A stretch of DNA of 64,000 nt. Origin: Callorhinchus milii. Its lineage: Eukaryota. Made by a program: the position numbers and the translations under genes. Positions 39,895 through 53,223 of the stretch are shown in pieces. Positions within the stretch are counted from its first letter, which is position 1. The number at the start of each line of letters is the position of its first letter. The stretch covers positions 120,468,001-120,532,000 of the forward strand of contig NW_024704742.1 of NCBI RefSeq assembly GCF_018977255.1. The letters are read 5' to 3'. The notes under the pieces are model-generated. The model did not search any database, was not told the origin of the DNA, and saw nothing but the letters and a program-made list of their open reading frames with translations.

Positions 39895-40013
39895 TGCGTT
39901 CGCCCACAAATATACAGTCAATTCACTTTACAGTGTGTTCTGTGAAGCGCTTTGGGACGTCCTCCCGACGTGAAAAGCGCTATATCAAATGCAAGGATTA
40001 TTATTATTATTAT
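39895..40013 (+). mobile_element. Young SINE, 3' part
   Basis: Reads as identical to 2626-2740. Confidence 0.9.
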
Positions 40014-40014
40014 A

Positions 40015-40800
40015 ACTGCCCTGCCTCTCCCCGCTGCTGGCCAATAGTCACAGCTCTCCTCAGGCTCCATTCCTTTGCCCTTAAAACAATTGTCATAACT
40101 CCTCAAAAAATCCACCCTTGACCCCTTCAACCTTACACTGTTCCATTTCTAATCTGCCTTTCTTTCCAAACCTCTGCAAAGAGTTGTCACTAACCAGCTT
40201 TGCTCACACCTCTCCCTCCTCAAGCTCCTCCAATCTTGCTTCCGCCCTGCGGAGTCTTCAAATTGTCTGGCAGACATCAAGCCCTGGATGAGCGCAAACT
40301 TCTTAAAACTAAATATCGACCCTTGGCTCCCGTCACCATCTTCTATCCTGTGGCTCTGACTCCTCAACCTCCCCAGCCTATCGCTCAGACTCACTAAACT
40401 AATTTGCAACCTTGGCGTTAGGTTCAACCCACAGTTGTCCTTCTTACCTCACATCCGGTTCCTGACCAGGGACACTTCCCTCCACCTCCCGCCTCAACTA
40501 TTCAAATGCCCTCCTCACTGGTCTCCACAGCTCTACCAGCCTCCTGCATGTCCCTCATGCCTTCCGTTCCACAATCGGTGGTCACGCTTTCAGCCATTAT
40601 GCCCCAAAACTCTGGAAAGTACCTCCTCTATTCCTCCCTCCGCCTTGCCCCTTCCTTCCCCATCTTCAGATCACGCCTGAAGACCTTCCTCTTCGACTGT
40701 GCCTACGGTTACCTCCCCCTGGCTTGGCATCATGCTCCACCACAGTTAAGCGCTCTGGGATGCTAGCCTGTGTGCTATACAAATGCAAGATGTTGTTGTT
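40015..40800 (+). mobile_element. Degraded, internally deleted L2
   Basis: DIKPWMSANFLKLN, NLGV, RSRLKTFLFD motifs and a (ttg)n tail. Confidence 0.75.
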
Positions 40801-42817
40801 GGGGTGGAGTTCCAGAGAGCATGGGCAGAATGGCTGAAAACCCATCAATTGAAATTCAATAAAGAAAAGTGACAAAAGGTGAGGCTATTGATGATAAAAT
40901 ATTAGATAAAATATTAAAATAAGCAATGCTCGTAATCCTTCCCTCTTTCATGGTGTTGATTGTGCAATTCCTAAAGGATTTTCAAAAAAGAGACTTTACA
41001 GTAAAGTAGCATTTCAAAAATTTCCAGACTACTTACTAGAAACGTGATTTGGCACCAAATAATAATCACAAATACAGAATGCAATGAAAAGATGATATTG
41101 ATGAAGCTTTTTATGAATTTTGATGGTGTCATTTGAGATAATTTTTTTTAACAATTTAAAAATATTCTACTGAAATGTCTGGGGTCGTAGTGGAAAGAAA
41201 TGTAATTAAAAGAATATTTGAAACTATAGTCGGCAGAGAAAGACAAAAAAAGGCTTATAATAAATGGTTTGGGTTGTATTTTAATGTTCTCTGTACATTG
41301 GAACATAGAAATATGCAACCAAATTTAACAACATCCCTAAAAACTAGAGCTGAGGTCAAGCAAATATGACACACACCAGAAAAGTCTCATCTGTTAAGTG
41401 TGCACTTTGGCCTCAACTATTGATACATTCCAAAATGAATAGCCCAAACGGATGTGGATTATCTTAATGGATCTAAATTATATTTTTTTATTTTTCTGGA
41501 TTGGGTAAAATCTTAAGTAATGGCTTGAATCTTACATTGTTCACATAATGTACTTGGTCTAAAATCCACTAAGTACCCCCAGAAAAGGCACACAAAAGAA
41601 ACAGCAGGTTTTATATCATTACACAAAAATGCACAAAGAGCAGCTAACATGTGCAATCATTTAAATCAACTGTCTTGAAATACAAGCATCCTTAATCTTT
41701 CAATAACAATCTACAGAGTACAGATTATGGGGCACGAACTGTTCTGGCCTCAAGGAGAACGACCAATAACTGAGTGGAACACTTCATCATTCTGCAGGTG
41801 TAAAGGAGATCAAAGCTTCCTTTAGGACTTAATTTCCTGAACTGCTACTGTTTCAGTTTGCCCCTGGGAGTAACTCAAAGCAACCGAGGAATTAAATTGG
41901 ATGAACGAGACATTAAAATAGTGGAAAATAGATTTTAAGACCATTTTAAGGGAAAGAATAAAAATACATTCCTATGAGGAGAAAGGTAATATAGCATGAC
42001 GACAATCACAATAGATAAATACAGATAAATGCTTCTACTCGCTTGATTTGTCTACTCTTTTAAGGCCAATCTTAAGACATCTTTGACTGCACTTTCGGTC
42101 ATCTTTACTCTTCCCCTCTTTTTTCTCTTTTCGGTGCCTACCACCAGCTCAGATGCCCAGCCAGCAATATCAAATGCTTTGAATTATCGTCCCGACATAA
42201 TAGGCACTATATAAATGTAAATTGTTTTTAACATACGTCTTTTCGTAGTCTTTTCTAGTTTGCTTTCTGAAGAAATACACCCATCAATCAAAAAACATTA
42301 TTTCAAGCTTTATGTATAATATTAATAACAAAGCTACATCTGGAATATGCGTACGTTTGAACATTTGAACTTCAAAAGCTCACTGAAGCTTTGGGAGACA
42401 GACAAAGCAGGTTGAAAAATCCTGGGCGCTGCCAACCTTGATATAGTCTAGCACAAATAATTTTTTAGCAGCAAAGCATTCCTGAATTTATTCAGGGAAT
42501 ACTGGCTTAAATCAAGCAGTTTTCTGCACTTGCACACAGCAATTGGAGGCCTCGTTAAAAATCTTTGGACCTACAATAAATGTAGTCCAAGATGGAGGTT
42601 CACAAAATTTTCATCCTTCTTTGGGACCTCCCACCATTCACAAGTCAATGAGGTAATTTAACACAAGTTTAACACAGTCTTTACATAAGGGATGCATGTA
42701 TAGGAATATCACAGTGACTTAAAATTAAAGCAGCTGATGCTTAGCTATGTCAATTATCTTCTTCAAGCAAGAACTGTTACTTTACAATACCTTTATAGAT
42801 CATTATTTGTCCATTAC

Positions 42818-43195
42818 GTCCTGTAGCTTAATGGTTAGAGTATTTGCATCACAAGCGAGAGGACCTGGGTTCGATTCCCGGGCAGAGCGAAATGTTGGGC
42901 AAGTTTCATTACCCTACACGTCTCTATTTACCTAGCAGTAAGTAGGAACCCAGTTGTTAGTCGATTGGCGATCTCTTTTCTGGGTGTAATAAGTTCTTAA
43001 GAAAAACAATTAAAAAAAGTAATAATTTGGTCAATCAATCACAACTGTTTGTGGGACACTGCTACGAGCAATTGGCTGCCATGTTTCGTCCGCAAAATAT
43101 ACAGTCGATTTACTTTACAGTATATTCTGTGAAGGCTTTGAGACGTCTTAACAACATGATAAAGTGCTATGTCAAATGCAAGGATTATTATCATT
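42818..43195 (+). mobile_element. Full-length tRNA-derived SINE
   Basis: Head gtcctgtagcttaatggttagag...ggttcgattccc (Pol III A/B boxes), body and L2-type tail. Confidence 0.9.
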
Positions 43196-44359
43196 AACCT
43201 TTACCAATAAAAAACTATAACTCTTCAAATTATTTGCATAGATTATGCAAATTGTTAAGGCTACGTCAATAGCCAAGGATCCCAAACAGCTTTCTTTTTT
43301 GATTTAGAAGCCCTGTACTATTTCCTGTCTAATCCTGCCATTGAACAGAGACCCTATCCTGCATGAAAAGGGTGCTTTATAAATGCAAGTTGTTGTATTC
43401 CTTTTCAACATTATATATGTTGGTTTAATAAAACTACAACTCTAGGAATTCATTTATTAGAAAGCAAATTCTAGAATACGGGAGAAAGCAACATCATTTT
43501 TGCAGGGAACATTCCTCCTATCCATTAGCCAGAGGAACAGAAATAAAGAAAACAATAAGCAGTATTTAAAGGTTGTTATTCTGCATTCAGGCAGCAACTA
43601 TCATTTCACCAATCACTGCAATAACAAAGCACAGACAAATCTGGAAGGCTTTATACAGTACAAACAAATTCTATTTAATTTCCCTGAAATCAAACCCATA
43701 CAAGTATAATAGTTCGCATAATTCAAATAAAGAACTAAAGAAAATTCCTCTGCTCTGTAAGCAGATATTTGATGATCTTGCAATTACTGAGCACAAAATG
43801 GGTGTACATAGGTCATTCTAATAATAATATTCGTAGCTTAGTTGTTTAATACAAATCAGAATTTGCACTTTTACCAAAATACAATGAAATTACTTCAAAT
43901 AATGCAGAAAAATTGCAAAATCTATGTATAGGATAATAGATAGTCGGCAGCAAGCTACAAGGTAGCATTCAACAGAGCAACTTAAGACCAGTGCAAAGTT
44001 CAAATTGTGGAGAAGGGAGTTTCTTAGTTTGACCTGACCAACAAATTCTCCAAATAAATTTACTGTTCACCTCATGTTTGTTTGCGGGACCTTGCTCTGT
44101 ATAAAATAACTGTTAGGCTTGCCTAAAAATACAGTCACTATATGTGACAGCAATTATCCATGAAGCACTTTAGAGACTATGATGTTATAGGCCCTGTACG
44201 AAATCTGATTTAACACATGTTCAACTCAACAATGACAATAAAGAATTTATAAACCTATTTTTTTATCTCCTTTTCCAACAAAAAACAAAAATGACTTTAT
44301 GCATATATAGTATGAAAACATCACATTTCAAAGTAATTAATTCTACAACATAAATGAGG

Positions 44360-44700
44360 AATAAATCCTGCATTTGCATTGTATACAGGCTTATTAAGTT
44401 AAATCATTGAAAAACACCACTGAGTTTTTTTTGCAAAGTATTGTGACTGTGTATTTGTAGACAAATCCAGCAATCAATTTGTGTCCACAATGTCCCACAA
44501 ACAACCATGTAGTGAATGGCCAATTTTGTATCGGAGGATTGTTGGCCTCTCCTCTCCTTTTAAATAGAGCCATTGAATCTTTAAGGCCTTTAACGTCCAC
44601 CTCAACAGGAGGTTGGGACCTCTGCTTAATGTTTTATTTGAAAGATAGTACCTCCAACAAAGCAGCATTGCCCCAGCACTGCACTGGGGTGTCAGTCTGG
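44360..44700 (-). mobile_element. Deu-domain SINE
   Basis: tttaacgtccacct...cagcactgcactggggtgtcagtct core. Confidence 0.7.
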
Positions 44701-45679
44701 AGGAAATAGATTAAATTCTTATTAATGTGAGAATCTACATCTGCAGTTCCTGACCATTGAGATTGACAAGTTATTAACATAAGATTTTTAATTTTGAAAA
44801 CTACAGAATAAAGGAACAAAACAGGCCTATAGTTTTAGCAGTAAAATAACTCATCCAAAAGGCATGAATTTAAATTTCATACCAAACTATCATTGAATCA
44901 GAATAACCTGATTCTTTCTATGCCAGAACATTAATTGGAGCAGGGTGGTAGAAAGAGAAGATTTCCTGAAGATGGCTAATTATACAGCCCGGATGGGGTA
45001 GAATATAAAGTACATGACTGACATATTTAATGGACAAAAAAACAAAAACTTAGCAATAATCTAAAACCATATTTGAAAGGGCCCAGTATTGCACTTCTCT
45101 TTCTTCCATCCAAAGAAATGTTTTGTATTTTAAAATTAGGATAGATCAGGCTCAGGAAGTTATTATTTGTTAGCTAAGTCTGTAAGACTCATTTAATAAT
45201 AGCCTTTCAACACACAGTAATTTTCAAGTAATTTTAGAAATGCAGTTTTTTTNCCGCCGCTCTCAATGACAAGAGTTTTCATTGCAGAACTGTAGAAAAA
45301 TCTAATGCACACAATCTGTAGCTATGGATTAAATGTTTGGACGCTAACATTAATTTAAGATTTTTTTTACAATCAAATGAAAATAACTTCATAAATGGTA
45401 AAAGGATTCATTCAAATGAAAGAAAAAAATCACAGCTACCATATTCTGTCATTTTAAAGTGAAACCATTAAAAATAATTTGTGGTTTAGGAATGATAGAA
45501 AAATTCATTATTGCTATAAAATGATACTACAACCTCTGGTAAGGTGGGGGAGAGCAGAGGAGGTCATTGTTTTTGTGGGAATCAATTATCAACAAAATTA
45601 CCTATGAGAAGTTAAAAAATGAGCAGAGAAAAGTGAAATACCATTATTACGTGTTCCTGGAACACTTGTTATCTAAGAC

Positions 45680-45865
45680 TGTGTGGTCCAACTGGCGGCC
45701 CGTGGGCCGCATCCAACCATTTCATCCGGCCCACCTGCTCCCTCCATAACTCGTAAATATTATGTTATGCTTCTCAAGGGGAAACACAAAAATATCGTTA
45801 TGCGTCCCGCGGATGTTTCCCAAAGAGGACATCTGGCCCTCAGCAGCCAAATGGTTGGACCACTC
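45680..45865 (+). mobile_element. hAT-like MITE
   Basis: Terminal inverted gtggtccaac / gttggaccac, subterminal gcggcccg.gggccgcatcc; second copy at ~5480-5700. Confidence 0.65.
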
Positions 45866-48800
45866 CAATTATCACAAAAATACGCAATTAAAACTACTGC
45901 AGAAGTACTGTACAACTACTGGATTGTTGTGACAGGAGGGCAACAATTTGACCCATAGTCAAAAATTCTAATTATTTTGCCTAGCTGATATCTCAACAGT
46001 TCCCTCTAGGATAGGAAGAATTTAATTTGAAGTCTTTATTTCAAAGAACTATTACAGGGAAATGTATTGTGAACCAATGCAATGCCTGTGGCAGATTTGT
46101 TTTAAAAAAATCTTTCTACCCTCCTCACAGTTCACTCTCTTTCAGTATCTATCAGAACTACCAGCCAGGTATACAGGCCAACGAAAATGCAGACTTGTGT
46201 GTAGTTCTGACAAGAATGCTGGTTTGTGGAATGGTTAGTTAAAACATCTGGCCACATGATTGATGGGTGACCTAGACATCTCAACCCCTCGTCTGCAACC
46301 ACAACACAACTGGTAGGAGTTTCCATCAAACAACTGAGTTGTTTTACTTGAGGAAACAAATACACTACAGGTTCATTTCTACAATGCCTATTAGTCATGT
46401 AAGTTCTAAAAGGATAGATATTTAGAACAAAAAAAAATCCAAATCAGACTGATTTAATACCATAATTCTTGAAATAGTTTGGAGGCTCCACAACAGGGCA
46501 AATTACCATAAATGTACAATTGTGAATGATGCTTATAATTTAATGTAATAAAATCTGTACACCAGTATACCACATTTTTAAAATTTATTCTAGGTTGTAA
46601 CTTTAGAAACATTTTGCTGGTCTTTGTTTTCCTTGTAATTCTCCACCTCAAAATTATTTTAGTCTAGAACTAAAGAGCAATGAACAATAATAACATTGCC
46701 TAGACTATTCTAAACTACAGAGTGCAAATCTGCAGTTGTGGAGTTTTAGACAAATACTAAAATATATTCCAATTAAATAGCCAATGTCTATTTGCACTAA
46801 ATGTAGTTTGGTTACAGGTACAAAGCTACAAAGATTTAACAACTTTAGAAAACCAAACTGCATAATGGTTTGGTGACCAGAGGTTTGTACAAGAGTTTGA
46901 AGAAATAAACTAACATCCATGTAAACACACGTGTCAAGCATGAAATAGCTACTTAATTATAAAATTCCCATCAGAGTACAAGGAGGAAAAAAGTCTACAA
47001 ACTAATTATCAAAATCAAAAGGGCTCTAATCCAGTACTGCATCAGCCATTCTGTAACTTTGGCAGTACATGCCAATTCATGGAAACATTTGCTCAAGCAT
47101 TTAAGTTTAAACATAAACTGAACATATAAGGACAAAAAAACTGCTTGGTTATAGAATGCAAATAGATTACATTGAAATGTTCTTCTTTCAAAGGCATATT
47201 TTAAAATCTTAGATAAACCACTACAAAGAGCAGAAAATAATAATAATTAGTTTACATCCAGGTAATACCTAGAATAGTGTTGTCAAGCTCTCTTAACCCA
47301 CCCAAGTTTAATATAATACAAATTTACATTTATATAGCTTGTTTCACATCAAAGACATTTCAAAGCAACAGCTAGAACTCTATGTCACAAGAATCTACTT
47401 GGAAGTGTTTAGAGTGCTGTGGGTACCAGTGTAACTCATATTTGTTTGTGTAATGTGCACCACCATTAGACTGACTTTTTCAAATTGTTTAATGATGTTC
47501 TGTCCTGATGTAACAAAACTCTACAGAGAAGATTTGAACATAAGTCTGTGGAGGAGTGAGCTTCATTGCTAAACAGATTTTTCTCACTTCCATGCTCTTA
47601 AGAGTCAGAAATGAAACAAATGCTTATAAACAAAAATCTTCCGTAAGAAAAGATGAACAGTCGTGAAAATAATTCCAAAGGGGTCAAAATGTAAAAAAAA
47701 CTTGCTAATTAAAAACACAACGTAAAAGTACCTTATTTTCTCAATGTCACTTTAGTAAAATAGTATGAGGAGAGCACAAGACTACAAGGAAGAATTTGCT
47801 AGTTCAATGTTTGGTGGTTGGGTTTTCCTTGACCTTAGGTCCGTAGGCTAACAGGTGGCCACACAATTTCAGGAAGGCTTAATAGGATTGATGTAGCAAG
47901 CTATGGCTTGCTTAGGGTAGAACTGGAATGTCCTCTCTACCTCCAAGGTTTAAAATGGAAAAGGCTCAGGGGGTGGGGGGCGAGGGGAAGAGGAGAAGAC
48001 AGACTAAAGATTTAGTTTTTCTTCTGTTGAGACTGGGGAAACAGTCTCCAACAAAAATAGTTAATGCTTATCGATTCACAGTTTAAAAATTGTTTTGTAA
48101 AATATCCCACTGGGAGAGCATTGGAGGATATAGTGATGGGTATAAACTGTGCTAAACACATCCTACAGGGGGCACAATGGTTTCTGTGCTGCTGGAACTG
48201 AAGGAGGGGCACCTATCATCTATCATAGCTAGGTTTTTATTATTATTATTCTTTAAATATATTTCTTGCATTTAATATAGCACCGTTGATGTCAGGAGGA
48301 CATCTAGATAATATCATAAGTAAAATGTAGGATAATGCATAATATGAGGGAATGTTTCAACATTGGGAACTTTCAAAGACATTAAGGAATATTCTGGCCT
48401 TTACAATTCTTGTGCACAAGAAAATATAGAAAACTTATTTTTTTCATTTTCTAATCTTAGACTTTTAGAAAATAATCTTATCTGTAGGAAAAGAGGCAAT
48501 ACTGATTTGACCAGAGGTAACTGTAAGCACCAACCAAAAANCATTTTAATTAAAGGAAAAGTAAAGATTCAAAAAATCAATTGCTCAATTCTTTGGTAAA
48601 CCTATGGGAAAAACACACACACCAGGGTAAAAATAATCATACTCCTTACACTTGGTTTAGTAGTGGTTTTGTGGGCAAACGTGGTAACCAATTTGCGCAC
48701 AGGACTGTCCTACAAACAGCCAAGAAGTGAATTACCAATTTTATCTGGGGCATTGATGGCAATGAAATTTTAAGAATCAGGCACTTGTTGAGAACAAAGG

Positions 48801-49019
48801 ATCAGAACAGGATCAAGGAAAGTTCTCAATGTCAGACTACGAGCGTACTGGAATATGATTATAACATATGTGGCTTGCTTTGGAATTATAATAGAAAAAC
48901 AGACACAAAAATTATAGGAATTTAAAATAGCCTTTAAGATAAATTATTAAATATTATGAAACTTTTTTGATGAGAAACGTAAACGTTACTTACAATGAAA
49001 CCACAAAAAAATACAACAC

Positions 49020-50130
49020 AGTTGGAGGACATTTGTCCATTATTTTGTGTTGATGTTATTTCCCCCAAGAAGCCATCCTATTCCCAGTTTCCCTGCTCTT
49101 TTCCCATACATGCTTGTACCTGTTCAATTTTTCTTTTAAATGCCTCCAATTGACTCTGCTCTAAAAGCCACCAGACAACTCTCTTGGAGAAGTTATTCTA
49201 AACCTCTGCTTTTCCAACAAAGCTTGCATTTATATAGCATCCTCACATAGGATAACATCTTGGAGTGCTTCACAAAGATGGGGTTGAATGTTGAGCAAGG
49301 GAGGAAGGGGGCAAAGTGGCCAGAGCAGTCAAGGAAATAGGCTCTTAGGTAGGATTTAGACAGATGGAAGGAGGAAGACAGAGGGCGAGAGTTCCAATGG
49401 ATAGGGGCATAGTTGCTGAAGGCTCAGCGACCAATGGCTTGCGGAGGATGCAGGGGACATACAGCAAGCCTAAGTTAGCTGAGCAAAGTGGCAAGCAAAA
49501 GAGGGTGGAGAAGATCCCAGAGATAGGCAGGTAACTAGAGCATGAAAGGATTTCTAGGTCAAGGTGAGGACCTTGAGATCTAGGGAATTTTTACTCCCCT
49601 CGACATGATCTTGAATCTATGTTCTTGTATCCTTGAATTTTCTACCATCAGAAAGGGTTCTTCATGATTAATGCTCTCTTTAATTATCTTAAACATTTCT
49701 ATCATATAATCTCATCTCTCTAAACGTTCTTCATAGCTATATCCTTAGATCCCCAGTATCCTTGTAAACATATTCTAGGCACTCTCCATAGATTGAATCT
49801 CCTTTCTGTTTTGTGGTATCCAAAAGTGCACACAATATTCCAAGTGCGGTCCAACCTATGCCATACAGATTCACTTCCTTACAGAGGTAGATGGCCTTCT
49901 CTACCTGCATTCCCATTTTCAATGAACTATGCATTAGTCCTCCCTGATCCCCCTGTTCCTCCACTCCATGAAAATTCTTTTACTCAGGATATAATTCTAC
50001 TCCCTAATCTTTCTCCCAAAATTGACCACTTCACATTTTTCTATATTGAGCTCTATTTTCCACAAATCTGCCTGTAGCTTCCAGCATTCTTCATTAACAC
50101 TTCCTAATTTAGTATTACCCAAATAATTCA
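49020..50130 (-). mobile_element. Degraded CR1 with nested degraded L2 (~49215-49580)
   Basis: CR1 motifs (gcacacaatattccaagtgcggt) flank an L2 tail (acaaagcttgcatttatatagca). Confidence 0.6.
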
Positions 50131-50454
50131 CTGAAAACATATATGAAGTAATTTCACTCATTAATACATGTGAAATATCAGTAAATATTCAGTTACTTTG
50201 ACGTATTTGAATTTTATTTTCATATCTACCCAATTAAACTTCCAAAATATTTATACTGATTTATATTTGGCTCCAATTTAATGCTAAATGTGAATTACAA
50301 ATTAGTTTTGAGAGGAATCAATTTGATTCTGAACTCTATTCCCATAACCACCACAGGAGGTAAATTTTGGAATCAAATTGAGGCAAACTGCAGTAATAAC
50401 CTTTTTCTGCAACTCATCGACAAAAATTGTGAAATTTAATTTTTTTTTAAATCT

Positions 50455-50538
50455 CAGGAGATCGATTAGGGTCACACTAATGCTTTTAATCCATGATAAT
50501 GGATTAAAAGCATTAGTGTGACCTTAATGGATCTCCTG
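50455..50538. repeat. 84-bp near-perfect palindrome (40-bp arms, 4-nt loop)
   Basis: caggagatcgattagggtcacactaatgcttttaatccat-gata-atggattaaaagcattagtgtgaccttaatggatctcctg; 38 of 40 positions complementary. Confidence 0.95.
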
Positions 50539-51679
50539 TATTAAACTGAAGTGATGTTGACAACTTCCTTATTAGAGAATGAATCACTAAGGTATTCTTT
50601 TATTTGTACTCTATCCCCAAGTGAAAAGTAAGAGGGAATCTTTTAACATTGGAGCCCTCAAGAAAACATCAAGGAGTTTCCTAACTTTTCTAATTCTCAT
50701 TGGTAGTAAAACAGATTTTTTAAATTATTCTTTTGATATTTCTCAGTGAGAGAAGTGGCAATACTGAGCTAACTGCAAAGCACATGTCAAGAACATTTTT
50801 ATAAAAGGAAAAGATTTAAAATTACCAGATGACATTTTGTAAAGAAAATGAAAGATCAAACATTGTAAATGTCACTAAAGTCCAAATTAAAAGTTCAATT
50901 AACACTACACACAAATGCACAGAAAAACACAACAATTCTTATCTCATAGAGAAGCTACCAGTTCTTAACACTACCACTTTCACTGAATGAGAGTCTGCAG
51001 GGCAGGCCATGGAATCTTTTGGGAAATGAATAAGAAAGTTTGCGACATTTTGAAAATATCAATGAGGGCACTAGTGGGAGTCTTGAGTTCAAATAGGATT
51101 CTAATTTTTCTTATTGAAATTTTATTGATAATTAGAAAATACCCTTTATACATTTTTAATCTACTTCAGCATATTTTAATTTGAATTATGAATCATTGAG
51201 AGCACCTACTGAACTGAGATGAGCCATTTCAAGTAGGTGAGAATTTTTCTCCATGATGAATAGTGTATTAAGAGTTAAACCATGGCAAAGCACACTTATT
51301 TCTAGTGAGCAGCAATGTTTAAAGTGAAAACAGTCACTGCTAATGGTGATCCAAGCCACTGATACTTTCTGTGCTGACCGTGTTTGCAATTATAGTACTG
51401 CTTGCTCATCAGCCATTACATCTTAAATTGTTGAAATTCTTTTTGGTATTTGTGTTCTAGTTATAAAGGCCCCAATTTGAAGAGAAAGTTGGCTACTGCA
51501 TGTTACATCAAACAGTATTAAAGTAAGTGTTCTGTTAGAATCAGCATAACGTTCCAATGTATTTAGCAAGGCAGTATATGCACTCACCAGAATTATAAAC
51601 TTCTATTGAAAGGAATGTTTTTTGGTGGTTTCCCCTGCAAGTGTGTAGTTAATTACAGAAACTCAAACAAATCCAGTAA

Positions 51680-52030
51680 AATCCACACAGAGTCAGCTGT
51701 TCAAAACGTACGCAATCCAGGATTTGTCTGCTAGATGATAACAGCTGCACGAACGGTCAAAATCATGTCTAAGGGGATTTGTTTGATTTCTTGCAAGATA
51801 CTGGCCTTAAGCTATTCTAGGGTATTGAAAATGTCAGCACAAGCATGCTCTTTCTGGTAATCCCAAACGATGAAATTACAGGGATTGAGTTCTGATGGAT
51901 GTGAAGGCCAGATCTACTCTGTGCACAAAGAAAGGTGGTGATCTCCAGAGAACGTTCCATGAACCTAACTTATTTGTGTAGCATTCAGTACGCTTTGATT
52001 CAAAGCAAGTGTTTATATCAACTCCTCTGA
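51680..52030 (-). mobile_element. Tc1/mariner transposase fossil (C-terminal catalytic region)
   Basis: Minus strand translates IWPSHPSELNPCNFIVWDYQKEHACADIFNTLE*LKASILQEIKQIPLDM, resembling the WPPRSPDLxPxDFFLWGYLK...TLEELK..I..EI..IP motif. Confidence 0.75.
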
Positions 52031-52927
52031 GGTTTGCAGAAAGCAAATTTGTTTAGAGCAAACCAGGATAAGATACAGGTAGGTAAACATTTTATGTAAC
52101 TCTTATTATCACATGTGATATAGTTCATTATGTTAACTGAAGTTACAGTGATTGAAAAATACAATTATCTTCGCGACTTTAAAAGGGATTACAATACTGA
52201 TATTCCAGATGGTCAAACACAAACGTACTGCAATATTTTAGGAGCATTTGATTTAACTGGAGTGTTAATTTCATAAATCAAGAGTGTTTTGAAAATATGG
52301 ATCAGTAAAATAAAATTTTACTATAAGACAGGGATATGGTCAAGTAAATCATGAACAATTTAAACATTTTATTTAAATGTTTGGTAATTAAATACGTTAC
52401 ATGTAGAAGACAGATTTGACAACCTACAAAATAAATTGCAGTAATTAATTTGTGACAGTGTCAGTCTTCTGGTATTACTTTTTTAAAGTTGTACAAACCT
52501 TTGTATGTTAATTGCAAAAGTGCTTGCTTGCACACACACACACTTTCAGTTACACAATCTTAGGCATTAGTTAGCACATAACCAATATGTAAGCAGTGAT
52601 TTAGTGAAGCCAAATAAACAATGCACTGTTCTATTCTGTGATGATCCTATTCAGGAAGTCTATAGAGCATATTAATAGTGCCCCCTACTGGCTACAGAAG
52701 TTCAAGCTTGTATTAGTTTGCTGCACAATATTTATAGACAAGAGTGGCACTTCCATTGAGTACCCCAAATATTGGACAGATAATGGATAAGCAGTGTATA
52801 GCATGTATTGACAAAGCAGTCTGCTTAAAGCACATAGCTATGATCTTTGTTTATTTCAAACAGTATTTCAAAGTGAAAATTAAATTTACCAAATAAAACC
52901 ATTGAAGTAAACAATTACATTTCTACC

Positions 52928-53223
52928 TAATAATAATAATCCTGCATTTGATATAGCGCTTTTCACGTCTTCTAGACGTCCCAAAGCGCCTCACAGAATA
53001 TACTGTAAAGTGAATTGACTGTATATTTGTGGGAGAACGCGGCAGACAATTGCGCACAGCAGTGTCCCACAAACAGTCGTGGATTGAAAATGACCAATTT
53101 ATTATTGTCTTTTTTGGAGGGATTATTATTAGGCGTGTGGAGTAAGGAAACTTGCCCAAGGTTTCGCCCTGCCTGGAAATGAACTCAGGTCTCTCACTTG
53201 CAAAGCGAGTGCTCTAACCACTG
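52928..53223 (-). mobile_element. Near full-length tRNA-derived SINE
   Basis: Tail, body and head up to gtgctctaaccactg. Confidence 0.9.

Noticed and set aside
45253..45253. Ambiguous base n (another at 48541)
   Set aside because: Assembly ambiguity, not biology.
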